Shown one piece after another: positions 28,038 through 37,333 of a stretch of DNA of 63,514 bases. The notes under the pieces are model-generated. The model was not told where the DNA came from. It saw only the letters and a program-made list of their open reading frames with translations, and did no database searches. The DNA is from an uncultured Rikenellaceae bacterium (GTDB lineage: Bacteria > Bacteroidota > Bacteroidia > Bacteroidales > VadinHA17), in assembly GCA_964611835.1 (NCBI GenBank), contig CAZTDW010000004.1, positions 1 to 63,514 on the forward strand, in the 5' to 3' direction. The stretch's first letter is position 1. Each line of letters opens with the position of its first letter. A program made the position numbers and the translations under genes.

Positions 28038-30173
28038 TTATTTACCGGGGAGATTGAGTTTCTTAACAAATTCATCGAATCGGGGATCACCGTGCAGATT
28101 AGTGCCCCAATCCATTACAGCTACCCAGGGAAGCCAGATATGGCGAGGTTCGAATGCAAGCCATTTGAATGCTTCATCTTTGTTATTCAGAGCTGAATTA
28201 AGCATAACCTGGCCCAATGCAACGAATGGATCAGGTCTCAGTTTATTCAGGCGATCCAACATCTCCCTGGCTTCACTTTCCCTGCCGGACCTTGCATAGG
28301 TAATACCCAGTTTGAATATCCATTTTGGGTATTTTTCTGCAAGTTTCTTATGTGCTGCAATAGCTTCATCAACATTCCCCATTGCCAGATAAGCATCACC
28401 CAAACCCCATAAACCCTGGTTGTAGTCAGGACGTATCTCAAGAGATTTCAATGCTTCCTGCAGGGCTTTTTCTTTCTTTCCAATATGAAGATATAACCAA
28501 CCCAGCTGTGCTGCTATTTCCGGGGCAAACGGATCATATTTTCTTGCCAGCAGGTTTTCCGCCAGGGCTTCATCGTTCCTGCCAAATAATAAAAGAGCCC
28601 ATGCATAATGAAAATGAGCGTATGCATTGTTCGGATTGATACTTATAGCTTTTCTGAAATATTTTTCTGCTTCCTTGAAATTCCACATAGAATATTCGTA
28701 TGCTTGGGCAAGTGCGAAATAAGTTTCGGCCAGGGTAGAGTCAAGCTTAATTGCCTGTAAAGCTGCAGCTTCACCCTTAATCATGGCATCACCCGGGTCC
28801 TGTGGGCCATGGGCAATTTCAAAATATCCTGAAGCTAGCGCAGCATGAGCAAATGCATCTGCCGGATCAAGATTAATTGCCTGATTCAGATAATCAAATC
28901 CCTGTTTAATAGACTCCGGGGTTTCATGCCTCAAACTGTACATACCCCTTACATAAAGTTTGTATGTTTCGGGATTTATCGTCTGCGGAGCCGATAGTGC
29001 CGCAAGATTCTCATTTGTCAGGTCAAATCCTATTTTGCCTGCTATCTCGTTGGCAATATTGTGATGAAGTTTGAAGACATTCCTCAGGTCACTTTTAAAT
29101 GGCCGGGTCCAAATCAGTTTTTCTTCAGGATAAGCCTGGATCAGCCTGAGTTGAAGATAAATTGAGTCTGAAACATTTAAAACAGATCCCTCGATAATAT
29201 AATCAATATCAATTTCATGTGCCATTTCCGGTATGGGTCTGGATGAACCGGCAATTGCAGCAGCAGTTCTTCCTGAAAGAACCCGCAGAGGTCTGACCTG
29301 GCTTATCATGCAAAGTTCAGAAACCATAGCATCATTCTGTCCTTGTACAAGATAATCCTGGTCCTGATTCCCGGTATTATTTTTAAAGGGTAATACTACA
29401 ATTGATTTCTCAGGTTCCACCTGGCCGGTAAGCAATTCAGGAATGAAGAGTAAACCCAAAATTGTCATCACCAGTAAAATAGCTGAAACGGCTATTATAG
29501 CTTTAATTTTGGATTTCCTTGGTAATGCATGGGAATCAACCCATTTCCCCGGAACCTCTTCGGGCATTAGTTCATTCTGCCCGATAGAGGTAATAATCTC
29601 CCTTATTGCCAGGGCAATTTTATTGATCTGGTTCCTGTAATTTGTTTTGTTAAGATTTTTCTCTTCACTGTCTTTTGGAGTAAGCGATCTGTTTATGCCG
29701 GGTTCCTTATAAATAAATTCAACTCCCCTCAATACACCTCCCAGAACCATCTCACATTCCTTAATATCATTAATTTCGTGATCGTGTATTCTGACCGGCA
29801 TCACCCGTGATGCCACGTTACCACCACGCAATTTAACCTTTAAGCCCAGCTTATCCTGACTGGCCAACCCGACAAATGCCTTAAACTCATGCTCCCAGGC
29901 GAATGATTTCGGATCGCAGTATGTACGGGAGATGACGGGAATAAATATCAGGCATTTCAGCTTTTCCTTCAGCGATTCATCAACATCATGTGTCTCCAGG
30001 AGTCCGTCATGAGGATTAATATCAAAGTATAGGGTAATTTCTTCCTTAAAGGTAGCCTCCAGCTCCTTTTGAAGGTTGTCGACAAATTCTGTTACCCAGC
30101 CGTCATATTTGTTGTCTTTCTGGCGGTAGCTGATGAAGATGTCGTAATTATATCCCTGGATAAGGCTTGGCAT
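28038..30173 (-). CDS. TIR domain / single TM / TolB-N-like / TPR membrane protein (paralog 2)
   Basis: YDIFISYRQKD and CLIFIPVISRTY..SFAWEHEF (Glu retained). TM helix AIIAVSAILLVMTILGLLFI. Then KSIVVLPFKNNTGN...DYIIEGSV, followed by TPR repeats. The TIR region is about 60% identical to paralog 1 by eye. Confidence 0.8.
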   Translation of the reverse strand: MPSLIQGYNYDIFISYRQKDNKYDGWVTEFVDNLQKELEATFKEEITLYFDINPHDGLLETHDVDESLKEKLKCLIFIPVISRTYCDPKSFAWEHEFKAFVGLASQDKLGLKVKLRGGNVASRVMPVRIHDHEINDIKECEMVLGGVLRGVEFIYKEPGINRSLTPKDSEEKNLNKTNYRNQINKIALAIREIITSIGQNELMPEEVPGKWVDSHALPRKSKIKAIIAVSAILLVMTILGLLFIPELLTGQVEPEKSIVVLPFKNNTGNQDQDYLVQGQNDAMVSELCMISQVRPLRVLSGRTAAAIAGSSRPIPEMAHEIDIDYIIEGSVLNVSDSIYLQLRLIQAYPEEKLIWTRPFKSDLRNVFKLHHNIANEIAGKIGFDLTNENLAALSAPQTINPETYKLYVRGMYSLRHETPESIKQGFDYLNQAINLDPADAFAHAALASGYFEIAHGPQDPGDAMIKGEAAALQAIKLDSTLAETYFALAQAYEYSMWNFKEAEKYFRKAISINPNNAYAHFHYAWALLLFGRNDEALAENLLARKYDPFAPEIAAQLGWLYLHIGKKEKALQEALKSLEIRPDYNQGLWGLGDAYLAMGNVDEAIAAHKKLAEKYPKWIFKLGITYARSGRESEAREMLDRLNKLRPDPFVALGQVMLNSALNNKDEAFKWLAFEPRHIWLPWVAVMDWGTNLHGDPRFDEFVKKLNLPGK

Positions 30174-30198
30174 GGAGGCTTAGTTTGTATCACTGTCA

Positions 30199-30227
30199 AA
30201 TTTAAACCTTATTAATGCCAAAGTCAA
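30199..30227 (-). promoter_or_regulatory. Promoter of TIR paralog 2 (TTGACT-N17-TAAATTTG)
   Basis: Minus strand reads TTGACTTTGGCATTAATAAGGTTTAAATTTG. The surrounding ~65 nt are conserved with 18632-18700. Confidence 0.6.
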
Positions 30228-30321
30228 TTTTCTTTCTTCTTGTGAAACAACAACAGTAGTTTAAAGTCTCAGCACGAATGTTTTTAACGTTATGATTTAC
30301 AAATTGTTGATTTAGATTTGT

Positions 30322-30350
30322 CTGACTTCAGATTTTTGTTGGTGTAGCTT
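30322..30350 (+). promoter_or_regulatory. Conserved promoter-like motif, copy 6
   Basis: TTTAGATTTGTCTGACTTCAGATTTTTGTTGGTGTAGCTTTA. Lies 155 nt upstream of the 30505 start. Confidence 0.45.
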
Positions 30351-30504
30351 TAACCGAAAATTGCAAAATCCATGAACATTACAAGATGCTCATTTGTTTA
30401 TTTATATAAATGTTTTTCAGGCCAATTAATTAAAATTATATGGACTGAAATCATTGAGGGATGCCTTTCGGACTTATAGTTAATTTACCTTAATAACTCA
30501 GGTC

Positions 30505-30786
30505 ATGGCAAAATATCTTGTAGAAGTTTCTCATAGCCCTGATAAAATTGAATGTCTCCATACAATTCAGATTTTTCTAAGTTCAGGGTCTCATTTTCTT
30601 ACCCATGCAGACTGGGGTTGTCCTGATGGAGAACATAAAGCCTGGTTCATAATAGAGGTTGACAGAAAGGAGGAAGCTCTCCAGATAGTTCCTTCCTATT
30701 ACAGGAGGAATACAAAAATAATAAAACTGGGCAGATTCAGCCTCCAGGAAGTTGAGAGCATGCTCCATCAACATGAGACGCAATGA
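30505..30786 (+). CDS. Hypothetical small protein (93 aa)
   Basis: ORF downstream of motif copy 6. I recognised no family. Cys and His residues are spaced as C..H...H..C. Confidence 0.4.
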   Translation: MAKYLVEVSHSPDKIECLHTIQIFLSSGSHFLTHADWGCPDGEHKAWFIIEVDRKEEALQIVPSYYRRNTKIIKLGRFSLQEVESMLHQHETQ

Positions 30787-31269
30787 TCTTGCGGGGCAAA
30801 TTAATTTAACCCCATTCAGGCTAAAAAAACTATCTGTTTGTTGTGATAGTTAATCATTGAGCAAGGTATCCAACTGATCAAGCAGGGTATTATCTGCTAA
30901 TTTTGAATTCCATAATTCAATCCAGACTCTAATTGCAGAAGCTGCTACACTGACCATCCTCCCCCGATGTTAACTGACCACCTTCCACTGGTTATTCATA
31001 CCTGTTGCCCTTAACCTTCTGTTTAAACTAAGGACAGTTCAAAAATGGTCGTTGCTTCAGGTTTTCGCAATTACGATCTCTGCCTTATTTAATTACCTGA
31101 AAATATCTGTAACTGTTTGACATTCTTAGCGTCTAAATTAAAGAATTACAAAATGAAAGATATTATTGGGATCCATATGCAATGTTCTGATTCATGGCAC
31201 CATGCCAGGTGAAATTCAGGCAGACTGCGTGAATTCATTCTGAATGAAACATCATAAATTTCTTTAGCC

Positions 31270-32103
31270 ATGAAAAGATCGCATTTTATTATCACTATCA
31301 TCACAAGCATTCTGATTGCATGTACAGCCTTCAGCATTAACAAAAAGAATTCTGAAGGTTTTGTTAGAATTGAAAAATATGTGGGTGCGGGTACCCATAA
31401 AGTAAGGATGCAGGTTTCAGACATGCCTTCCGACTATACCATTGTTCTTGAGGCAGGAGGCGGCAGGTTTTCTGATGTTTATGAAGGTATCCAGGACACC
31501 CTGTCGAAACTTACAGGTTACAGGGTAATCAGCTATGACCGTTCCGGGTTCGGCAGGAGCGAACTGGGACCTGCTGATCTTACCGCGACTGGAGAAGTGC
31601 AGGTATTAAGAAAATGCCTGGAATCCATGAATATAAAAAAGAAAATTATCCTTGTCGGACATTCTTACGGAGGGTTTTTAATTCAGCTTTTTGCAAAGGA
31701 ATTTCCTGACCTTGTAGAGGGGCTTGTCCTCATTGACCCGATGAATGTTGACTTTGTTAACAAATTCGGACTGGATAGCCTGAATGCATATACCCCATAT
31801 TTTGATAATCCGTTGGAGACATGGCAGATAGCCGGAAACAGGATGGTAGACAACTTTCAATATGCACTTGAGAAATTACGCGGTTATGAACTGCCGCGGA
31901 ATATACCTGTATTACTTATCACATCAGGGAATGCACCTTTTAATTCTGCTGTCTGGCGTAAATGTCATGAAGAGATGGTGATGAATTCGCCATTTCATAG
32001 ACTGATCATTGCTGAAGGTTGCGGACATGATATTTTGACGGAGAATCCTGATCTGGTTCTGTACTCGATCATTGAACTGACTAATACAATCAAGCAAAAT
32101 TAG
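31270..32103 (+). CDS. Alpha/beta hydrolase
   Basis: Nucleophile elbow GHSYGG. C-terminal GCGHD places the catalytic His. 277 aa. Confidence 0.8.
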   Translation: MKRSHFIITIITSILIACTAFSINKKNSEGFVRIEKYVGAGTHKVRMQVSDMPSDYTIVLEAGGGRFSDVYEGIQDTLSKLTGYRVISYDRSGFGRSELGPADLTATGEVQVLRKCLESMNIKKKIILVGHSYGGFLIQLFAKEFPDLVEGLVLIDPMNVDFVNKFGLDSLNAYTPYFDNPLETWQIAGNRMVDNFQYALEKLRGYELPRNIPVLLITSGNAPFNSAVWRKCHEEMVMNSPFHRLIIAEGCGHDILTENPDLVLYSIIELTNTIKQN

Positions 32104-32176
32104 GTCGTATCTGTCAAGCAGATGGAATTGAATTGTTTAATTTAAAAGAGTACTCGTAATGCCCTCGCAGGTTATT

Positions 32177-32878
32177 TTAATCCTTCAGACAGCGAACCGA
32201 AAGGCCCCCGTTCTTATCCATTCCGGTATCACTGTCACCCACTTCTCCATTATAATTGTTGATGTAAAAATAATATGCACGATCAGAAGGATATTCTGTT
32301 GACGTCCACCATACACCGCCGTATCCAAAATCCCAGAATTTAAATGTTGAACTAAGATACCCTCCAGGTAATATTGATAACCCGGTTTCGTTCGTGGCGT
32401 CAACATTTGGCTCATACCATAAACCGTCTCCTCCTTCAATCGTCCCGGTCGTTTTTAATTTCCCCCCGGCAACAGATTATCCCCCCAGAAAATTAACCAG
32501 TACTGCCCATTAAGCCTCTGATGGTAAATTCCATCCTTTGGGGCAAAGTTTTCCGCTATGAACGGCATACCAGTTATACAATGCCCCATACGGATCTTTA
32601 TTGCTGATGTCTTTATCATACCAGCAATAAGCAGGTTCTGAAGTATTACTCCATGCCGTTTGTTCAGTAATATAAGATATTGCAGTTCCATCATTTAATT
32701 TAGTGGTTTTCAGGTTTTCCACCAGCCAAACCTGAGTCCCAATGGTAACCGACGTGTAAATATTACCATCTGCATCCATTATTTTATTGTCTTCTTCATT
32801 TTTCTTACAGCTACTTATTATTAAGAGAATTGAAGCAATAAAAAACATGCAACTCCTGAGTGATGATTTCCCTTTCAT
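32177..32878 (-). pseudogene. FISUMP-domain lipoprotein gene interrupted by two in-frame TAA codons
   Basis: A single reading frame runs from ATG 32878 to TAA 32177-32179, with internal TAA codons at 32510-32512 and 32477-32479. The translation reads ...CPKGWNLPSEA*WAVLVNFLGG*SVAGGKLK...GGLSVRCLKD. Confidence 0.75.
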
Positions 32879-33184
32879 TATGGTTAAGATTTTGATAAGC
32901 TGAATCCGAAATCCATTTTATATCCTGAAAAATTTGTTTTTCATATTAAAAACTAAAAAAAGCCTGTAATATTATCTGTAAATCAACTTTTTGGAGAGAC
33001 GTCTCATTTTTCCAAAGACAGCAAATAAGTTCAATATGAATATGTATTCAATTTCAGAAAAGGAGGCTGCACAATGTCCTGTGGTTTCTCACCACCAGAA
33101 GATCAAAGCTCTGAAATGCAAGATCGAACAGGTTCTGAAGCACACCGATAAAAGACATTATGCTTCAAGGATTTTTCAAATTAA

Positions 33185-33228
33185 TTACGTAAGAATATAC
33201 GTAATTAATTACGTAATTAATTACGTAA
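33185..33228. repeat. Four TTACGTAA palindromes at exact 12-bp spacing
   Basis: TTACGTAA at 33185, ATACGTAA at 33197, and TTACGTAA at 33209 and 33221. The unit is TACGTAATTAAT. Confidence 0.8.
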
Positions 33229-33260
33229 TAAAGAAGTCAGCCTGATTTAGGGCGATTGCC

Positions 33261-34187
33261 TTATTGGATCATCCCCATGATCCATTCAAGGTAATTGGAA
33301 GTTATTTCAGATGAACTGACTTTCAGGCTATTCTCAAATTCACGCCTGACATTTTTTTTCTCCTTTTCATTTACAGACGAATCGGAGGCTTTTGCAACAA
33401 TATCGAAAAGTACCTGTTTGGCTTCGCTTTTCAACATCGGATCATTACCTGACATCATATCAGCCATTGGCTGGATCATCACAGCTCCCAGCTTCACTGC
33501 CGACCGGCAGGAAACCTGTCGGACCTGCCAGTCCGAACTATTAAATCCCCCGATGACATAATCCGGTTCAGAATCGAGATCCCGTATACGGATATTTCTG
33601 AATCTGGCAAACTGGTCGGGTTTTTCGGCATGATTGCCCTGGAATCCGATATATCCGGTGAGTGGTTTGCCGGCCAGTGTCTTTACAGTATCAATATCAG
33701 CTATGGTTGTAACCTGGTCATTTACCGAAACACTTACTATATTACGGTCACATCTGATTTCCATTTTATACCACTTTCCAGTCGTTTCATCCGGCCTGTT
33801 TGTAACAGCTACATGGCCGTATAAAGAGCCTGTGCAATGGAGATCATCCCTCCATGGCGTCCAGGGTGCAAGAAGCTGGACCTCAAATCCTGTTTCCGGT
33901 ACCCCGGGATCACGTCTTATAAGGACCCCGCTGTTGCCAACATCCGATAACAGGAATTCAAGCTGAAGAATAAAATTACTGTAAGTTTTTTCCGACCAGA
34001 TATCGGTCCCGGATCCGGAACTGCGGGTAATCAATTCTCCATCAATGACTTCAAATGAGCCTGGCATCTGAAGGGTCCAGTTTGTCAGATCTTTACCATT
34101 AAACAGTGATGTGAATTCCTGTTTTTGTGAATCACAGGAGACTGTGAGTATTGAAATAATAAAAGTGATCAGTATGATGTTTTTCAT
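33261..34187 (-). CDS. DUF1080 (3-keto-disaccharide hydrolase-like) domain protein with C-terminal helical extension
   Basis: Lipoprotein signal (LTVSC), LFNGKDLTNWTLQ and IGFQGNH...FRNIRIRDL. Confidence 0.7.
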   Translation of the reverse strand: MKNIILITFIISILTVSCDSQKQEFTSLFNGKDLTNWTLQMPGSFEVIDGELITRSSGSGTDIWSEKTYSNFILQLEFLLSDVGNSGVLIRRDPGVPETGFEVQLLAPWTPWRDDLHCTGSLYGHVAVTNRPDETTGKWYKMEIRCDRNIVSVSVNDQVTTIADIDTVKTLAGKPLTGYIGFQGNHAEKPDQFARFRNIRIRDLDSEPDYVIGGFNSSDWQVRQVSCRSAVKLGAVMIQPMADMMSGNDPMLKSEAKQVLFDIVAKASDSSVNEKEKKNVRREFENSLKVSSSEITSNYLEWIMGMIQ

Positions 34188-34214
34188 TTTATCTGCAATT
34201 CAAAATATTAAACA

Positions 34215-35537
34215 CTATGATGGAAGTATCCAGGGTTTCCTATATGCTCTCGAAAGGAGGTAGTTGGCAGCTTCATCCCCGACAAATTTCTCATTAACAC
34301 TGTCCCACGTGAGTTTTCTTTTCAGTCTGAAAGAAATCATTGCCAGGTGCATTGGTATCGTCATTTCACGCGCATAATGAAGGTTACTCTCAGGTTTGCC
34401 CCTCGATTTTACGGCATCGATGAAATTCTGCTGGTGTCCGGGAGAACGGGGAATCGTTACCGGCACATCCGGCAGATCTGTCAGGATCTCATCATTAATC
34501 TTTATGAAACAGGAAGTATAATCACAGGTAAGGGTTCCGTTTGTTCCTTCAAAATGAGCTCCGATATGCATTTTATCGGAACCGGGTGCTTCGGGGGGAA
34601 CGGTTGTCCAGAACACATCCAGATCATTGAATTTAAAATCAACATCTATCCATGCAGGTGCATCAGCTATACCATCATATGGTCTTTCGCCCCTGCTTTC
34701 AATACTTGACAATCCCTTTGGATGAACAGACATAAACATAATATCGGCAATATGGCACCAGAAATCGGCAAAAACCCCTCCGGAATAATCCAGAAAATGG
34801 CGGTATGTTCCATGGCATCTTACCGGTGTATATTCTTCATATGGCGCCGGTCCGAGCCACAGATCCCAGTCAAGGGTTTCAGGTGGTTTCTGGCTCGGGG
34901 GGAATCCCAGTCCGGGTGAACCTCCCGTTTTCCATAATCGTACGGTATGTATCTTCCCGAGTTTGCCGGATTGTATTAATTCAGCAACACGGTGATAGTT
35001 ATTTCCGGCATGTATCTGGGTTCCAAGCTGAAAGACCCTGTTGTATTTTTCAAGGTTCTTAAGCATTGCCTGGCCTTCTGCCAGTGAGTAAGTAAGGGGT
35101 TTTTCACCGTACACATCTTTTCCGGACTGAAATGCCAGTATTGCTATCAGGGCATGCCAGTGGTCAGGAGTGGCACAGGTTATCGCATCAATATCCTTTC
35201 TGTCGAGGACATGACGGAAGTCTGTAAATATTTCCGCTTTGGATTCCGGATTTAATTTCTGCAGCTGGGCACGTGCTTCCTCAAGCCTGATCTTATCAAG
35301 ATCACATAATGCAGCAACTTCGACATCAGGAAGATCATTGAACCAGTTCATATGACCTCTGCCCTGGCCTCCAAGTCCGATGACGGCTACTCTTACCCTG
35401 TCGCTTGGCGCTACACTCCAGGCCCTGGTTGAAATAAGAGGAAGTCCTATTAATCCAAGGGCACCTGTTGCAATGAATTTTCGTCTGTTGATCTTTGTGC
35501 TAATTCCCATAAGAAGCTTATTATTGATTTTTAACAT
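34215..35537 (-). CDS. Gfo/Idh/MocA-family oxidoreductase with twin-arginine signal
   Basis: TAT motif NRRKFIATGALG and Rossmann VAVIGLGGQGRGH. 440 aa. A 27-nt gap separates it from the downstream DUF1080 gene. Confidence 0.85.
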   Translation of the reverse strand: MLKINNKLLMGISTKINRRKFIATGALGLIGLPLISTRAWSVAPSDRVRVAVIGLGGQGRGHMNWFNDLPDVEVAALCDLDKIRLEEARAQLQKLNPESKAEIFTDFRHVLDRKDIDAITCATPDHWHALIAILAFQSGKDVYGEKPLTYSLAEGQAMLKNLEKYNRVFQLGTQIHAGNNYHRVAELIQSGKLGKIHTVRLWKTGGSPGLGFPPSQKPPETLDWDLWLGPAPYEEYTPVRCHGTYRHFLDYSGGVFADFWCHIADIMFMSVHPKGLSSIESRGERPYDGIADAPAWIDVDFKFNDLDVFWTTVPPEAPGSDKMHIGAHFEGTNGTLTCDYTSCFIKINDEILTDLPDVPVTIPRSPGHQQNFIDAVKSRGKPESNLHYAREMTIPMHLAMISFRLKRKLTWDSVNEKFVGDEAANYLLSRAYRKPWILPS

Positions 35538-35752
35538 ATTACCAGTCTCTGCAAAAATATTTCTTTGTATAAAATATATAACCTGAATTTAATAATTCAT
35601 ATCCTTTGCGCATTTTGTGGTTGATTCTTTTTTTTACCACTAAGGGTTCAAAGGTCTTCACGAAGTAACACAAAGAGATACAATATATTAAGAATATTTA
35701 TGAATATTAAGATAAAAAAATTATGTTCCGGGCGGCATTATAAACGATGCCA

Positions 35753-37033
35753 TTAAAATTCTATATATGCTGTTTTATTTTGTTTGCTTAGTTCTATCAT
35801 TTTTTCAACACCGTTGACTTTTATTTTGTGGTCTCCAAAAAATGCCCGTATAATGCAATATCCTTCATTATTTGACTTCCCCCTGAATCTTGTCCACCAC
35901 TCATCGAATACCAGGGATTTGTAGGCAGTGGCAGCAGGCGTCAGTGACCAGTCTTTCCTGTAAAGGGAAGAAGCCGGTATCCAGTTTGCTCCGGCCCAAA
36001 AATGCCACATCATGATTGCATCAACAGCAGGATGGGCAAAGCAAATGCGATAATAGTCCTTAAGGTTCTGAGCAAACTGATCTTCTTCTTTTCTGGTTGG
36101 AATTAACGATGTATCCTTCTGATATTTTGATCGCTGACCAGGCATATTGAATTCGGTGATCTTAACCGGCAGCCCGAACTGTGCAAGTACATCGAGGGCA
36201 TATCGCAGGGTATCCCGGCTGAAATCCTCAGCATGCAGGTGTCCCTGTACCCCAATTCCAGCTATTGGTATCCCTCGCCCCTGCAGATCTTTTATATGAT
36301 CAACATATTCCTGTAACAATCTGCCGGTAAGTATATCGTAATCGTTAAGATATAGTTTTGCATCAGCATCGTATTCCATTATCCAGTCTGCCATCTTTTT
36401 GGTAATCCCCGGCCCGAGCCTCTCCTGGTAATAATCGCCATGCATCATTTCGTTATTAAAATCGTATTCTGAAAAGCGGCCTTTATATCTCGGGGCAATG
36501 GTTTTTGCCCGTTTATGGAGTTCATCGTACAACTGGTCATCAGTAAGCGCCTTTACCCAATCCTGTACATAATATATGCCCCAGTATAAATTATGCCCTC
36601 TCAGGGGAAGGTGGTTTTCATCCGCCCAGGTAAGGATATTATCCGTAGTCAAAAAGTCAACTTTTCCTTTTTCAGGTTCCATATGATGCCACTTCAATGA
36701 ACTCGCAGTAACACCGGCATTGAAATTCTCCAGGAATTTCTGCTTATATATCCTGGCGTCTTGTTCGTCCATTTTTCCGTCAAATGCAGTGCTGTTCAAA
36801 GCACATCCAAACCAGAATTCATGCTTTTGTTGTTCCAGCTCAATCATTGTATTGGGAGTCGTTTTCACGACGATGACACCCGTACGATACTTCCGGATGG
36901 AATCAGCAAGGTTCCACGTATCTGAATGGGTCATAGGTGATTCTGTCCAAACTGATGAAGCATTCTGTGCCAAAAGAGGGTGTGTAACCATGGAACAAAA
37001 TGCACTTAATGATATTAGCAGCAACTTTTTCAT
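35753..37033 (-). CDS. Glycoside hydrolase family 10-like (endo-xylanase fold)
   Basis: Signal peptide. LRGHNLYW, FNNEMMHG (acid/base NE) and VKITEFNM (nucleophile TE) follow the GH10 pattern. Confidence 0.65.
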   Translation of the reverse strand: MKKLLLISLSAFCSMVTHPLLAQNASSVWTESPMTHSDTWNLADSIRKYRTGVIVVKTTPNTMIELEQQKHEFWFGCALNSTAFDGKMDEQDARIYKQKFLENFNAGVTASSLKWHHMEPEKGKVDFLTTDNILTWADENHLPLRGHNLYWGIYYVQDWVKALTDDQLYDELHKRAKTIAPRYKGRFSEYDFNNEMMHGDYYQERLGPGITKKMADWIMEYDADAKLYLNDYDILTGRLLQEYVDHIKDLQGRGIPIAGIGVQGHLHAEDFSRDTLRYALDVLAQFGLPVKITEFNMPGQRSKYQKDTSLIPTRKEEDQFAQNLKDYYRICFAHPAVDAIMMWHFWAGANWIPASSLYRKDWSLTPAATAYKSLVFDEWWTRFRGKSNNEGYCIIRAFFGDHKIKVNGVEKMIELSKQNKTAYIEF

Positions 37034-37333
37034 AAATCTTTATAAGTCAGGCAATCACGACAACAAGTATTAATTCTGAATTTTACAGGTTAATTTTGAT
37101 AATCAAATATACAATTTATTAATGTGAATTATGAGTTGAATGTTATCAGGTGTTTGTAAGCCGGAAGCCCTTGCTGCATCCGGCCGGTCAGTATAGCTGT
37201 GTATAGGTATACATGATATTAATAAGGATTCTATTCATTAAAGGAATATAGATGGTGCCCCAAAAAATTATCCATTCTGGGCAATGAATCTGTTATCTGT
37301 TTTCGGTCGTTTTAACCTTGCAATGTTAATATA

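Noticed and set aside
32477-32512. TAA reassignment or alternative genetic code as the explanation for the in-frame stops
   Set aside because: Many clearly complete genes in the window terminate at TAA at positions consistent with their families, for example 7370-7372, 9423-9425 and 12171-12173. A genome-wide TAA sense code is therefore untenable. Local nonsense mutation is the simpler explanation.
32991-33245. 84-aa + strand ORF covering the TTACGTAA array
   Set aside because: Its C-terminus (YVINYVINYVI) is just the translated tandem repeat. It has no signal for a ribosome-binding context or a known family, so I treat it as spurious.
35600-35680. ACCACTAAGGGTTCAAAGGTCTTCACGAAGTAACACAAAGAG as a copy of the CACAAAGG/CACGAAGG-type Bacteroidota intergenic repeat
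   Set aside because: This is a single degenerate copy in the window, and I cannot establish repetition from this sequence alone. I note it only as a possible REP-like relic.
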